DNA of 64,000 nt from Candidatus Woesearchaeota archaeon (GCA_016180235.1 JACPBQ010000004.1:175674-239673), one strand, 5' to 3'; counted from the stretch's first letter, positions 26,287 to 36,035 are shown. Notes: generated from the sequence alone by a model not told the origin. Numbers and translations are program-made.

Positions 26287-26462
26287 ATTAATCCTGCTAT
26301 TGGGACAAGATTTATAAATTTTTCTGTTAATGACTACCTTATAGTAGAAAATCAGAATTAGCTTTCTTCTTCGTCTTCTGTTTCATTGCTTTCCTCGGTA
26401 AACTCATCAAGCTTCTTGTTCTTCTGCATCGTCTTGTAGCTGACTGCCATTTTCCACCTCTT

Positions 26463-26894
26463 TTAAAGACCAGTGCTTCCAAAGCCGTTATCTGACCTTG
26501 TTGTTTCTGAAAGCTGCTCTGTCTCTTCAAAAACAGCTTCCTCAACTTTGGCAAATATAAGCTGGCCTATTTTTTTGCCTTTCTCTATCCTGTAAGTTTC
26601 AGCGCTGAGATTTATCACTGGAACCTTTATCTCTCCCCTGTATGAGCTGTCGATGGTGCCAACAGCGTTTGCATGGCTTATTCCGTGCTTCATGGCCAGG
26701 CCGGATTTCGGCCTTACCTGGCCCTCATAGCCATGGGGAATCTCGAGCTTTAAGCCCGTCGGAATAAGCTTGCGCTCCATCGGCTTCAGGACGCAATCTT
26801 CCGTGGAATAAAGGTCTACTCCAGCATCCCCTTTGTGAGCATAAGAAGGCGTAGGAACATCAGCAATTTTCTGCATCTTTACAGTAATTACCAT
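26463..26894 (-). CDS. dut: dUTP diphosphatase
   Basis: HKGDAGVDLYS, RPKSGLAMKHGI, GTIDSSYRGEI, RSDNGFGSTG. ATG at 26894 preferred over 26963. Confidence 0.85.
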   Translation of the reverse strand: MVITVKMQKIADVPTPSYAHKGDAGVDLYSTEDCVLKPMERKLIPTGLKLEIPHGYEGQVRPKSGLAMKHGISHANAVGTIDSSYRGEIKVPVINLSAETYRIEKGKKIGQLIFAKVEEAVFEETEQLSETTRSDNGFGSTGL

Positions 26895-26965
26895 TTTAGA
26901 AGCCTTGATTTCAAGGCTTAAGGTTATATTTAAATTATGTGGGCATCCAAAATATAGTTTCAATG

Positions 26966-27466
26966 CTATTTTTTTATCATGCCCATGATTGATTCTATAT
27001 TATTGTAAAGTATTTTGCCATCTTCAGGGCTGGCTTTTATGTTGATGGTATTGAAAGAATGGGTTATATAGGTTATGTTCCATACAGTGCCGTATTTTTC
27101 AAGATTTTGAATTACTGCTATTGTCTTGCTTATCAGCTCATTTGGATAGGTTTTATCAGTAAATTCCCTTGCTTTTTCCAGAATACCGCTAAATGATATT
27201 TTGGCTTTTTCTGTTTCTATAGGCTTTATTACAGTTTCCGGCTTTTTGAAAATTTCCTCCTCTTCCTGCACTTCAATATCGCTGCCTACAACAAATGTTA
27301 CAACCTTGTCCGTGGATTTGTTGTAAAAGCCCAGGCTCCATGGCTCCTCCTTATTTTCTTCAATGATTTTCAAGGCGTAAGAGAAGAAAGTGCCCGGGTT
27401 TTTCTGCTTCCATGCCATGAGCTCTTTGCTTTTTTCTAATTTTCCTAATGCTTCTTTTAGCTCCAT
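26966..27466 (-). CDS. Hypothetical protein
   Basis: 166-aa ORF with typical composition, contiguous with dut. No motif recognised. Confidence 0.45.
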   Translation of the reverse strand: MELKEALGKLEKSKELMAWKQKNPGTFFSYALKIIEENKEEPWSLGFYNKSTDKVVTFVVGSDIEVQEEEEIFKKPETVIKPIETEKAKISFSGILEKAREFTDKTYPNELISKTIAVIQNLEKYGTVWNITYITHSFNTINIKASPEDGKILYNNIESIMGMIKK

Positions 27467-27519
27467 ATCCTGCCTAATTGTGGTAAAAATTTATATATGT
27501 TTGTATATTGCCTTGATTC

Positions 27520-28491
27520 ATGGCAATTGCGCTTAATGTGATGGAAGAGCAAAAGGATCTGAAGGAGAAGAAAAGGCATAATGAAGGTTATAGGCTTGTC
27601 GGAAATCATTCTGCTGTAAAGATATGCGCTTACTGCAAGAAAGCGATAAAAGGAGAAGATGTCTGCTACAAGAACACTTTTTATGGCATAGAAAGCTGGA
27701 GATGCGTCCAGATGAGCCCTACATTCTTTTGCGACCATAGATGCGTTTTCTGCTGGAGGGACATAGATTATGTCTGGCCGAAATGGCAAGGCCCCGTAGA
27801 TGGACCGAAGGACATTGTGGAAGGATGCATAAAAGCTCATGTTGAGCTATTGCAGGGATTTAAAGGCAATTCCAAGGCTATAGCCGAAAAACTAAAGGAG
27901 ATGGGCAAGCCATTGCACTTTGCAATTTCATTAACCGGAGAGCCAACAATGTATCCCAGGCTTCCTGAAATGATTGATTATATAAAAGAAAAAGGAATGA
28001 CTGCTTTTTTAGTCACTAACGGAACTATTCCTGATATGGTTGAAAAATTAATCTCTCACCAGCCAACTCAGCTTTATATTTCTGTCTATGGCTGCAACAA
28101 GGAGATGCATCAAAGAACAGCTAATCCAATAACAAAAGATGCATGGGAAAAATTAAACAAGAGCCTTTCGATTATGAATAAATTCAATAGAAATGTCATG
28201 AGGCTGACTTTGGTAAAAGGCTATAATTTTATGGATCCTGAAGGATATGCTGCTTTGATTGAAAAATACAAGCCGATGTTTGTTGAGGCAAAAGGCTATA
28301 GTTTTGTAGGCCATTCACAGGAAAGATTGGAAGTCAATAACATGCCATATCATCATGAGATAATAGAATTCACGAAAAAAATAGCAGAAAATTCATCCTA
28401 TAAAGTGATTGACAGCAAGGAAGAGAGTAGGGTTGTTTTATTGGTCAGGGAAGATTTTGAAGGCAGGAAAATGGAGTTTGAAGGTTTATAG
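27520..28491 (+). CDS. taw1: tRNA 4-demethylwyosine synthase (Taw1/TYW1, radical SAM)
   Basis: CYKNTFYGIESWRCVQMSPTFFCDHRCVFCWRD cluster motifs and ISLTGEPTMYP. Confidence 0.85.
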   Translation: MAIALNVMEEQKDLKEKKRHNEGYRLVGNHSAVKICAYCKKAIKGEDVCYKNTFYGIESWRCVQMSPTFFCDHRCVFCWRDIDYVWPKWQGPVDGPKDIVEGCIKAHVELLQGFKGNSKAIAEKLKEMGKPLHFAISLTGEPTMYPRLPEMIDYIKEKGMTAFLVTNGTIPDMVEKLISHQPTQLYISVYGCNKEMHQRTANPITKDAWEKLNKSLSIMNKFNRNVMRLTLVKGYNFMDPEGYAALIEKYKPMFVEAKGYSFVGHSQERLEVNNMPYHHEIIEFTKKIAENSSYKVIDSKEESRVVLLVREDFEGRKMEFEGL

Positions 28492-28501
28492 GGTAGTGAT
28501 T

Positions 28502-29383
28502 ATGGAAATAAAGACTGTTGGTTTTGTTGGGGTCGGGACCATGGGCAGGGGAATGGTGAACAACCTTGCAAAAAACGGCTTTAAAGTTATCGCGTACAAC
28601 AGGACAAAAGAAAAAATAAGAGATATTGAAAGCGACAGGGTAACGGTTGCTGATTCTTTGGAGGAAACAAGCAAGGCTGATTTGGTGATGACATGCCTTC
28701 CAAGCGATGATATCATAGAGGAAATCGCTTTCAAAAAAAATATCCTTGATAAGCTTAAAGGAAAGGTTTTCGTAGATTGTGGGACAACTTCTGTTGACAT
28801 GACTGCGAGGATAGCAGAGGCCTGTGAAAAGAAGAATGTTGAATTTATCGATGCTCCTATAACCGGCAGCAAATTGGGGGCAGAGGCAGGCACAATGACG
28901 ATGATGATCGGAGGCAAAAAGGATGTTTTTGAGAAATGCATGCCTGTCTTAAAGGCGATGGGAAAAGTGCACGTATACTGCGGCCCTGCGACTTACGGGC
29001 AGAGGGCTAAATTAGCGCTTAACCTGGCAATGTCCATGCTGCTTGAAAGCTATCTTGAATGCCTGGTATTTGCTGTCAAGAACGGAGTGCCTTTAAGTGC
29101 AATGGAGCAGATAATGGAAAATTCCGCTGCAAAGAACGGAATTGGAAGCTTCAAGATGAATTACATCAGGAAAAGGGATTTTGAGCAGCACTTCATGCTG
29201 AAGCTGATGCACAAGGACCTTTCCTTCGCCGAGAGAGAAATGAAAAAATTAAACCTTGACCTGCCGCTGGCGAAGCACATAAAAGGAATATTTGAGAAAT
29301 CTATGGAAAGAGGGGATGAAGACATGTCTACAATAGTCAAGGAACTTGAAAAAAAAGCAGGTGTTGAGCTGAAAGGATCATAA
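28502..29383 (+). CDS. NAD(P)-dependent beta-hydroxyacid dehydrogenase (3-hydroxyisobutyrate / 6-phosphogluconate dehydrogenase-like)
   Basis: Rossmann VGFVGVGTMGRGM, DAPITGS, MIGG. Confidence 0.8.
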   Translation: MEIKTVGFVGVGTMGRGMVNNLAKNGFKVIAYNRTKEKIRDIESDRVTVADSLEETSKADLVMTCLPSDDIIEEIAFKKNILDKLKGKVFVDCGTTSVDMTARIAEACEKKNVEFIDAPITGSKLGAEAGTMTMMIGGKKDVFEKCMPVLKAMGKVHVYCGPATYGQRAKLALNLAMSMLLESYLECLVFAVKNGVPLSAMEQIMENSAAKNGIGSFKMNYIRKRDFEQHFMLKLMHKDLSFAEREMKKLNLDLPLAKHIKGIFEKSMERGDEDMSTIVKELEKKAGVELKGS

Positions 29384-29980
29384 TCTTATTACCTTCCCGT
29401 AAGGCCCCGGATTTACAATCCTGGTTTTTTTTATTTTATCTTCTTTGTTGAAATTCTCATGCAGATGGCCGCAAATATGCAAATCTACCTTGTTTTTTGA
29501 AATGAAATCCCTATATGTCTTGTTGCCGCAGTGCTCACCAACTATTAAGTCCAGCCTGGTGCCGTAAGGAGGCGCATGGGTTACAAAAATTATTCTTTTG
29601 CCTTGGTTTTTCTTTATTATTTTCACGAATTTTTTTCCAGTTAGATAAAATCCAGGCTCCCTTAAAGAAAAACCACCGCCGCCATGGCCAAAAAATATGC
29701 AGCTATTGCTTTTGTAATGATTATTATGGATAAATAGCAAGTTGCCGTATTTTTTGCACAGCCTTCTCATGACAGTGTCTGTCTCATGGTTGCCATGCAC
29801 CAAAAGGACTTTTTTGCCCATTTTGCTTAGCTTATTCAGTATAACATCGAGACCTTCTTCAAATATCGTCAAATCTCCTGCACATACCAATAATTCAGGA
29901 TTATCCTTTTTTATCTTTGATTTTATTTTAATCAATGCTATGGCTGAGAGATGTATGTCCGTAAATGCGAGGATTTTCAT
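29378..29980 (-). CDS. Calcineurin-like metallophosphoesterase
   Basis: FTDIH, AGDLT, GNHE, GHGG, GHLH motifs in order. Confidence 0.75.
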   Translation of the reverse strand: MKILAFTDIHLSAIALIKIKSKIKKDNPELLVCAGDLTIFEEGLDVILNKLSKMGKKVLLVHGNHETDTVMRRLCKKYGNLLFIHNNHYKSNSCIFFGHGGGGFSLREPGFYLTGKKFVKIIKKNQGKRIIFVTHAPPYGTRLDLIVGEHCGNKTYRDFISKNKVDLHICGHLHENFNKEDKIKKTRIVNPGPYGKVIRL

Positions 29981-30021
29981 TCTTTTGATTATTTTTGATT
30001 ATTTATAAATGTTTTGTGTAA

Positions 30022-30060
30022 TTACTTTTAGATGGTGAAAAAATAGAAAGATTTTAATAC
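30022..30060 (+). promoter_or_regulatory. Shared promoter module upstream of ORF 30082
   Basis: TTACTTTTAGATGGTGAAAAAATAGAAAGATTTTAATAC. Ends 21 nt before the ATG. Near-identical to 8659-8698. Confidence 0.6.
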
Positions 30061-30081
30061 CAGTCTTTTCACCCTGCAACC

Positions 30082-30624
30082 ATGCTGGAAAATAGAATTG
30101 ATCCTTTCGTTGGAAAATACAACTTAAGTGTAGATGGTAAAGCCAGAATAAATCTGCCGATAGATATAGTCGATACCTTAAAGGCCAGAAATGGAGCATC
30201 ACATCATACCGAAATTCCACTTTATTATAAAGTTGGCAGCGGAGAGTATAAGATGGGGAATGAGCAGGCAGGCTTCAGCTATCTTGAGCTAAGAGATATT
30301 ATGGATGCCAAAGCTATTGATTTTCAGAATTATAGGAAAGCACAATTGGAGAAAAAAATTCACCGCTTTTGCATTGGGACGGATATAGCAGATAGGCACG
30401 GGTTTAGAGGAGAAGCTATTGTTGTCGGCTATGGAGACCGTTTTTATATCTTCATGAAAAAAGACTATGACAAGGAAGGTTTTTTTGATTACTTCATTGA
30501 GAATTATCATGAGTGGAACACACAAAAACCCAGAAAATTTGCTGATAGGCTAAATTCTTTGGTAAATCTTCTCTTTAGGAGATTGAGTAATAATCCTCGA
30601 GAACAATCCGATCGACATCCTTGA
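30082..30624 (+). CDS. MraZ/AbrB-like swapped-hairpin DNA-binding protein
   Basis: GKYNLSVDGKARINLPIDIVDTL (D-x-K-G/A-R-h-x-h-P motif) and a weaker second half EAIVVGYGDRFYIFMKKDY. Confidence 0.45.
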   Translation: MLENRIDPFVGKYNLSVDGKARINLPIDIVDTLKARNGASHHTEIPLYYKVGSGEYKMGNEQAGFSYLELRDIMDAKAIDFQNYRKAQLEKKIHRFCIGTDIADRHGFRGEAIVVGYGDRFYIFMKKDYDKEGFFDYFIENYHEWNTQKPRKFADRLNSLVNLLFRRLSNNPREQSDRHP

Positions 30625-31762
30625 CATCCTTGATTACGTAAAGCTTCCCGTTGCCCAACTCCACTATCTTCTCTGCCAGCTTTCTTCCTTTTTCATCCAG
30701 ATTTATCCCTATCAATGAGATGGTTATGCCTTTGTTTCTTGCCATTGATGCCTCTTTTATTGTTTCTTTTTCCGGCTCTTCTCCTATTGTTGGCATTGCA
30801 TCTGTTATCAGGATTAAATGTTTTGTCACATGATCATAAGGGAATAATTCGATTGCTTTGTTTAATGTAGCTTTGAAATCTGTCTGCCTTGATGCCCTGG
30901 CAGCAGCTATATTCCTCAAAAGAAATGTAAAATCGCTTGTAGGCTCTATTGTTGTCCTGATCTCAGAGCCGAAAACAATAAGGCCTACTTTGTCGTTTTC
31001 ATGTATTGCCTTGTAGGCTAATGCAATTCCAGCGCGTTTGCACGCATCAATCTTATTTCCTTTCATACTGCCGGATGCGTCCAAGGCGTAGATGACACAG
31101 GTTTGGCCCTTGCTCTGCCTCTCAAATACCTGCAGGTCTTTTTTGTCAAGAGAGTCATGACCCCTTCGTATTGCGAGCTTGGCTGACTGCTTTATCGCTA
31201 TGTCCCTGTACCTATCCCCTTTTTTGTAGGCTCTTGAGGATTCTTTGCTCCCATAAACAGAGGCTTTCCTGTGGATTTTTTCCCCTAAGATTCCCTTTGG
31301 GCTTAGCTTGTCCAGCTCCTCAAAATACATGACCAAAGAAGCCAGCTCATAGCCTTTTTCGCTTATATCTGAACTGGAATCAAGAAGGCCCTCGTCTTTC
31401 AATTTTTCAATGTTCTTTTCAATCCTGAACTTCAATTCCTTCCTGAACTCCGGGATGTTGATGTTTTTTTTGATATAATCCGGATGATAGCCAGTAGCCA
31501 ATTTAAGCAAAGAAGGGCCGTAAATATGGCTTGCCATGGAGTAGTTTTTGACAAGCTGCTGGTACATCAAGTCCGGCGTGAAAGACTGCAGGCCCTGGTT
31601 TATAGAATCCGCGATCAGCTTGCCTTTATCTATAGTTTCCCTGTCATTCTCGAGGACAGAGCGCATCAGCTTGTCTTCTGCATTCTGGGTGGAAAGGCTG
31701 CCTTTCAGCTCTTCAATGCCGTCTTTTTCATCGAAATTTTGCGAGCTGTCAAAGTAAATCAC
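30575..31762 (-). CDS. von Willebrand factor A domain protein
   Basis: MIDAS YALDASGSM, followed by ILITDAMPT. Confidence 0.75.
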   Translation of the reverse strand: MIYFDSSQNFDEKDGIEELKGSLSTQNAEDKLMRSVLENDRETIDKGKLIADSINQGLQSFTPDLMYQQLVKNYSMASHIYGPSLLKLATGYHPDYIKKNINIPEFRKELKFRIEKNIEKLKDEGLLDSSSDISEKGYELASLVMYFEELDKLSPKGILGEKIHRKASVYGSKESSRAYKKGDRYRDIAIKQSAKLAIRRGHDSLDKKDLQVFERQSKGQTCVIYALDASGSMKGNKIDACKRAGIALAYKAIHENDKVGLIVFGSEIRTTIEPTSDFTFLLRNIAAARASRQTDFKATLNKAIELFPYDHVTKHLILITDAMPTIGEEPEKETIKEASMARNKGITISLIGINLDEKGRKLAEKIVELGNGKLYVIKDVKDVDRIVLEDYYSIS

Positions 31763-32678
31763 CCTTTTTTTCTTCCAGGACTTCGGAATCCAGGATATTT
31801 TTCTCGAACTGGTGGCTTATATATTCTTCCGGGCTCTGCAGATATTTGACAGAAGGCTTCAGCCTGATCCTGTGGGCCAGGACAGAAACAACTATCTCTT
31901 TTAAATCGGCAAAATCAACTGATTTTCTTCCGTGCAGCAACGCGTTTGACTGCGAACGCTCATAAAGTCCTAAAGATGCCCTTACAGAAGGCTTTTTTTC
32001 AAGGTTCTTGTCTTCCCTCAACAGCCTCACGAAATAGACCATCAGCTCCAACAGCTTATTGCCAACTGCGATATTATCAAATTTTTTCCCTTTTTCTATT
32101 ACTATCTGCTTTTCTATGCTTATATTTTCCGGATAATGCATGTATATGAAATCAAACCTGTCAACCAGGACGTCTGACAATTTTTCAGTGGATGTATCTT
32201 CGGGGTTCATTGTCCCCATAAATATTAAGTCTATATCAAAATCGACATCATAGCTGCCTATAGTTGCTTTTTTTTCTTCTAAAACCTGCAATAACGCATT
32301 CTGCACTTTTTCCGGGCACCTGTTCAATTCGTCAAAGAATAAAATGCCCTTATCAGCCCTGAATATCTTTCCTTTTGTGAATGCCTCTATACTCAATGGG
32401 CCGAATTTCAATGCTTTTACCGGGTCTATGTCTCCAAGAAGGTCTTCTACAGTAAGGTCCGGGCTTCCCTGTACACGGACAAAAGGCGTGTTTTTGCCCA
32501 AAAGCTTTGCAATATTTTTAGCCAATGTTGTCTTTCCTATTCCAGGCGGCCCTACAAGAATAATATGCCTGTCTGCCAGCAATGCGGATTTTACAGCTGA
32601 CTTGACATTGTCCTGTCCGATTATATCCGTAAAATTGTCCTTTTCCAGCAGCTTTTTTTGAAGTTCCTTTGTTATCAT
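31749..32678 (-). CDS. MoxR / Mg-chelatase-I-like AAA+ ATPase
   Basis: Walker A LVGPPGIGKTTLA, Walker B ILFFDELNR. Start overlaps the vWA gene (operon). Confidence 0.8.
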   Translation of the reverse strand: MITKELQKKLLEKDNFTDIIGQDNVKSAVKSALLADRHIILVGPPGIGKTTLAKNIAKLLGKNTPFVRVQGSPDLTVEDLLGDIDPVKALKFGPLSIEAFTKGKIFRADKGILFFDELNRCPEKVQNALLQVLEEKKATIGSYDVDFDIDLIFMGTMNPEDTSTEKLSDVLVDRFDFIYMHYPENISIEKQIVIEKGKKFDNIAVGNKLLELMVYFVRLLREDKNLEKKPSVRASLGLYERSQSNALLHGRKSVDFADLKEIVVSVLAHRIRLKPSVKYLQSPEEYISHQFEKNILDSEVLEEKKGDLL

Positions 32679-32745
32679 TTTTAATAATTAAAACATAAGA
32701 GTAAGGCTTGCTATTTTAAAAAGGTTGGGATTTTTATATAGTATA

Positions 32746-33339
32746 TCAGAAAGGGATTATAATCCCGGTGACGTAGATTATAATGCATGAAACCAAGGGG
32801 ATGGTCAAATTGTCATCTATCTTGAATCCTTTTATCCTTAAGTCAATGCCCTCGATAAGCATAGAGACTGAGGATGCTAAAAGCGCAGGAAGCCACGGGA
32901 TGAAGATTAATGCCCCTAAGAAAGCCGCTATAGCCCCTGCAATCACGCCCTCAAAGAATTTTTCGTTGTGGAACGGGTGCTTCAAGTAGCCATAAGGCCC
33001 GGCTAATCTTGAAACTGAATCTCCAAAAGCCAGTATGAGTATGGAAGCCATTGCAATTTCCTTTTCAAAAATCATGACTGCAAGAAAAGCACCTAAAATA
33101 TAGAAAATTGCGCCTTTGCCGGGAAATTCCTCAAGGTCTTTTTCCCTGTCAAATTTTTTCAAAAAATAATCAACTACAGGAATCCTATGATGCCTGCTCA
33201 TGAATGAAAACATTAAACCAGCAACAAAAACAATAAACAAAACCGTTGAGCCTATCAAATCAAAATAAAGAAGGGTCACTATCATGACACCGAGCAATGC
33301 GTGGATTACCTGCCTTTTTATTTCCAGCTTAGTCAGCAT
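32746..33339 (-). CDS. Polyprenol (dolichol) kinase / CTP-transferase family membrane protein
   Basis: Polytopic. FGDSVSRLAGPYG...EKFFEGVIAG fits the GD..A...G...(K/E)..EG motif of the CdsA/Sec59 family. Confidence 0.5.
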   Translation of the reverse strand: MLTKLEIKRQVIHALLGVMIVTLLYFDLIGSTVLFIVFVAGLMFSFMSRHHRIPVVDYFLKKFDREKDLEEFPGKGAIFYILGAFLAVMIFEKEIAMASILILAFGDSVSRLAGPYGYLKHPFHNEKFFEGVIAGAIAAFLGALIFIPWLPALLASSVSMLIEGIDLRIKGFKIDDNLTIPLVSCIIIYVTGIIIPF

Positions 33340-33340
33340 T

Positions 33341-33823
33341 TTAAATCTTTACAAAAATATCAAATGCGTTTATTCCTGTGACGACAACAGCAGTCACTAT
33401 AATCCCTGCTATCAGGACTCCAATGATGTTTGCAATTATAAATTTTTTATACCCCAACCCTATTAAATAGGATGCAAGAGCGCCTGAATAGGAGCCTGAG
33501 CCCGGCAGAGGTATGCCGATGAATACTGCAACTGCCAATTCCCCGTATTTTTCCACATACTTATGTATGTTTTTCTGCGTTTTCTCAACATATTTTTGGT
33601 ATATTTTGTCAATAAATTTTATTCTCAGGAAAATGTGGATTAGCTTGTCAAGGAAAAAATAGACTATAGGTCCGAGGATTATGTTTGCAATGGACGCTAT
33701 TGCAAAGACAGGAAGCCAGTGCATCTTCAAGACCAGTATTCCGTAAGGTATTGACGCCCTTAATTCCAGGAAAGGGATGAAGGTTATGGCCGCTATGATG
33801 AGAATATCGCTAAGCAAGGTCAT
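33341..33823 (-). CDS. Small multidrug-export-like membrane protein (COG2426)
   Basis: FLELRASIPYGIL and four TM helices. Confidence 0.55.
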   Translation of the reverse strand: MTLLSDILIIAAITFIPFLELRASIPYGILVLKMHWLPVFAIASIANIILGPIVYFFLDKLIHIFLRIKFIDKIYQKYVEKTQKNIHKYVEKYGELAVAVFIGIPLPGSGSYSGALASYLIGLGYKKFIIANIIGVLIAGIIVTAVVVTGINAFDIFVKI

Positions 33824-33826
33824 TTT

Positions 33827-34519
33827 TTATGTCTCCATTTGCTTTTTCTTTAGTTCGCGCTCAGCAATCGGCAAATCCTGAGGGTAGCTGATCAGCAGGC
33901 AAAAAGAAGTTTTAACACAATATATCTTTTCTTCTTCAGATAAGTATTTTAGCGCATCTGTAAGCTCGTATTCCCCCCTCTCAGACAGTTTTATTGCTTC
34001 AAGAGCGCTGAATATTTCCCTGTCTAAAGAATACAAGGCGCAATTTACCAAATCAGAAACGAATTTTTTCGGTTTTTCAATGATATCGGCAAGAATGCCG
34101 TTCTTTTCTATTACAACGCCAAAAGATTCCGGGTTTTTGACTTTTTTCACAAGGATGGCGTACCTATGCTTTGCAATTTCCCTTATATCCCCCTTCGAGT
34201 AGATGTTATCCCCCATCAGAAGAACAAACCTGTCTTTTATGTGGCCTTTAAGAATTGAAACAGCGTGCCCGGTTCCGAGCTGCTCTTTCTGCTCTATAAA
34301 TTTTATTTTCAGTTCCGGATAGTTTTTTTGGACGAAGTCTTTAATCATATCTTTCTTGTATCCCACGATTATGATTATTTCATCTGCCATTTCTTTAACA
34401 GCCTCTAAACTATACTTGAGAATTGCTTTATTGGCAATCTTAAGCAGCGGCTTCGGCATTGTCAATGTAAGGGGGTAAGTCCTTGTTGATTTTCCTGCTG
34501 CCAGAATTACTGCCTGCAT
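33827..34519 (-). CDS. Sugar-phosphate nucleotidyltransferase
   Basis: MQAVILAAGKSTRTYPLTLTMPKPLL, EQLGTGHAV. Confidence 0.8.
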   Translation of the reverse strand: MQAVILAAGKSTRTYPLTLTMPKPLLKIANKAILKYSLEAVKEMADEIIIIVGYKKDMIKDFVQKNYPELKIKFIEQKEQLGTGHAVSILKGHIKDRFVLLMGDNIYSKGDIREIAKHRYAILVKKVKNPESFGVVIEKNGILADIIEKPKKFVSDLVNCALYSLDREIFSALEAIKLSERGEYELTDALKYLSEEEKIYCVKTSFCLLISYPQDLPIAERELKKKQMET

Positions 34520-34520
34520 T

Positions 34521-35780
34521 TTACACCAATCTTATACTGCTTACATTGCTCCTTACATTAGAAGCCTTAATGAGCTCCCTTACCAGGTTTTTTGCATCTG
34601 CAAATTTCCTTTTTTCGATTGCGAAGAGCCTTTTGCCCTTCACAAAAGCTTTCTTATGCTTTTTTCTGAATGCCAAGGCATGCTTTTCGGCTTTTGCAGG
34701 CGGCCCGGTAATTTCTGCCATTACAGGCAGCTTGTCGCTTTGAAGCGCATAGTAGAATAAAGAGTCCTGAGCATGCCACAGCATATCGCTCTCTTTAACT
34801 TTGAAGCCATGCCTTAACAGCTCATTTTCAATATAATGGAAAGCCTTGAGCATCTTTGCCCCGGCAACATCCACTTTTTTCCTTAAAGGCGAGGCTTTCA
34901 GCATCACAAGATTGCTGCCGAATTCTTTCCTGATGTCCTGCTCTGCCAGGTTTTTTACCTCGAAGAATTCCTTTGAAGGATTCTTGAGGAACTCCATGGA
35001 GCGGTGCTTTATTATCTCAAACTTTTCATGGTCTAATGCCGCGGCAGCATTCCTGTCTTTCTGCACCGGGTCTATGACAATTATAGGGCTGTTAAGCTTT
35101 GACTTGTTTATCTCAGAAAAAACGCTCTTTCCCCTGTAATAATTCTTAATGTCTATGACGGTTTTTTCTTTCCATTTTGGCATTGCCCTGATGAGCGCTA
35201 AAAACGAGCCGTAATGTATTGTAAGCAGCTCGCATACATACCCAGAGAAGCCCATTATGTGGCTTTCCGCGCCGTAGACTCTTGCTGCTTTGAAGAACTG
35301 CTTTGCCAGCCTTATCTCGTCCTTCAGCTTTTTATGCTTAAGCACAAAATCAGAGTGAAGCGGGGAGACATCAGTTATGTTCTTTGCCTGCTCTGCCTTC
35401 TTTATGTCCAGTATCGGCACTATTTCAAAAGTAAATTTTCCCTCTTTGATCTGAAAATAATCCCTTGAGCCGTGCAGCCTTATTATTTTGTAGTGTTTCT
35501 TAAGGAATTTTTCAAGGATATCCGAAAGCTCCTGGCTTCTGTCCCTGAATTTATTGTAGCTGAATCTGACGAAGATATCCGCATCAAATGACTTGAGCCA
35601 AGTGCCTTTTGCCCCGGAACCGGCAAGCGTCGCTTTTGCGTCCTTCATGCCGGAATTTATTTTTTTTATTATGTCGCTTGCTTTTTTGAGTATCTCATCC
35701 TCATATTTTTTGTCCGGGACTATTTCTTTTATGACTTCTGAAAGCATGGTTTTCATGCCATTCCCGTTGTCTAAGTCCAT
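34521..35780 (-). CDS. cca: CCA-adding tRNA nucleotidyltransferase (archaeal class I)
   Basis: LAGSGAKGTWLKSFDADIFVRF NTase motif. Length and helical body fit the class I enzyme. Confidence 0.85.
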   Translation of the reverse strand: MDLDNGNGMKTMLSEVIKEIVPDKKYEDEILKKASDIIKKINSGMKDAKATLAGSGAKGTWLKSFDADIFVRFSYNKFRDRSQELSDILEKFLKKHYKIIRLHGSRDYFQIKEGKFTFEIVPILDIKKAEQAKNITDVSPLHSDFVLKHKKLKDEIRLAKQFFKAARVYGAESHIMGFSGYVCELLTIHYGSFLALIRAMPKWKEKTVIDIKNYYRGKSVFSEINKSKLNSPIIVIDPVQKDRNAAAALDHEKFEIIKHRSMEFLKNPSKEFFEVKNLAEQDIRKEFGSNLVMLKASPLRKKVDVAGAKMLKAFHYIENELLRHGFKVKESDMLWHAQDSLFYYALQSDKLPVMAEITGPPAKAEKHALAFRKKHKKAFVKGKRLFAIEKRKFADAKNLVRELIKASNVRSNVSSIRLV

Positions 35781-35806
35781 ATAAAAACATTTGTTTTTTA
35801 TTTTGA

Positions 35807-35972
35807 GGCTTTGTTGAAAATCTCACTACGCTTGGGTTAGCATCGATTCGCTTCTTTGCTGGAAAAAGCGGTATGCGGGTTCCCTCCCGTAAGGGACTTC
35901 CTCTTCCGCAGCTAATGTTCAACATGAATAAACGCTCATAAATTGATGCTAACCTTCATTTTCAACAAAGCC
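35807..35972. repeat. 166-bp element bounded by perfect 15-bp inverted repeats, with a nested second helix (MITE-like or structured RNA)
   Basis: GGCTTTGTTGAAAAT (35807-35821) pairs with ATTTTCAACAAAGCC (35958-35972). GGTTAGCATCGATT (35835-35848) pairs with AATTGATGCTAACC (35941-35954), 13/14. Confidence 0.55.
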
Positions 35973-36035
35973 TTTTTTTGTTTGCGATAACTATAAATAG
36001 GTGTTTTTTAAGTAAAACAGCAAAAGAGGTGAAGC

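Noticed and set aside
35880-35905. RNase P RNA CR-I-like GAGGAAGTCCC on the minus strand of the inverted-repeat element
   Set aside because: The sequence is simply one arm of a local hairpin (TCCCT/AGGGA). There is no partner for a P4 helix and no CR-IV/CR-V motifs, and the element is far too short.
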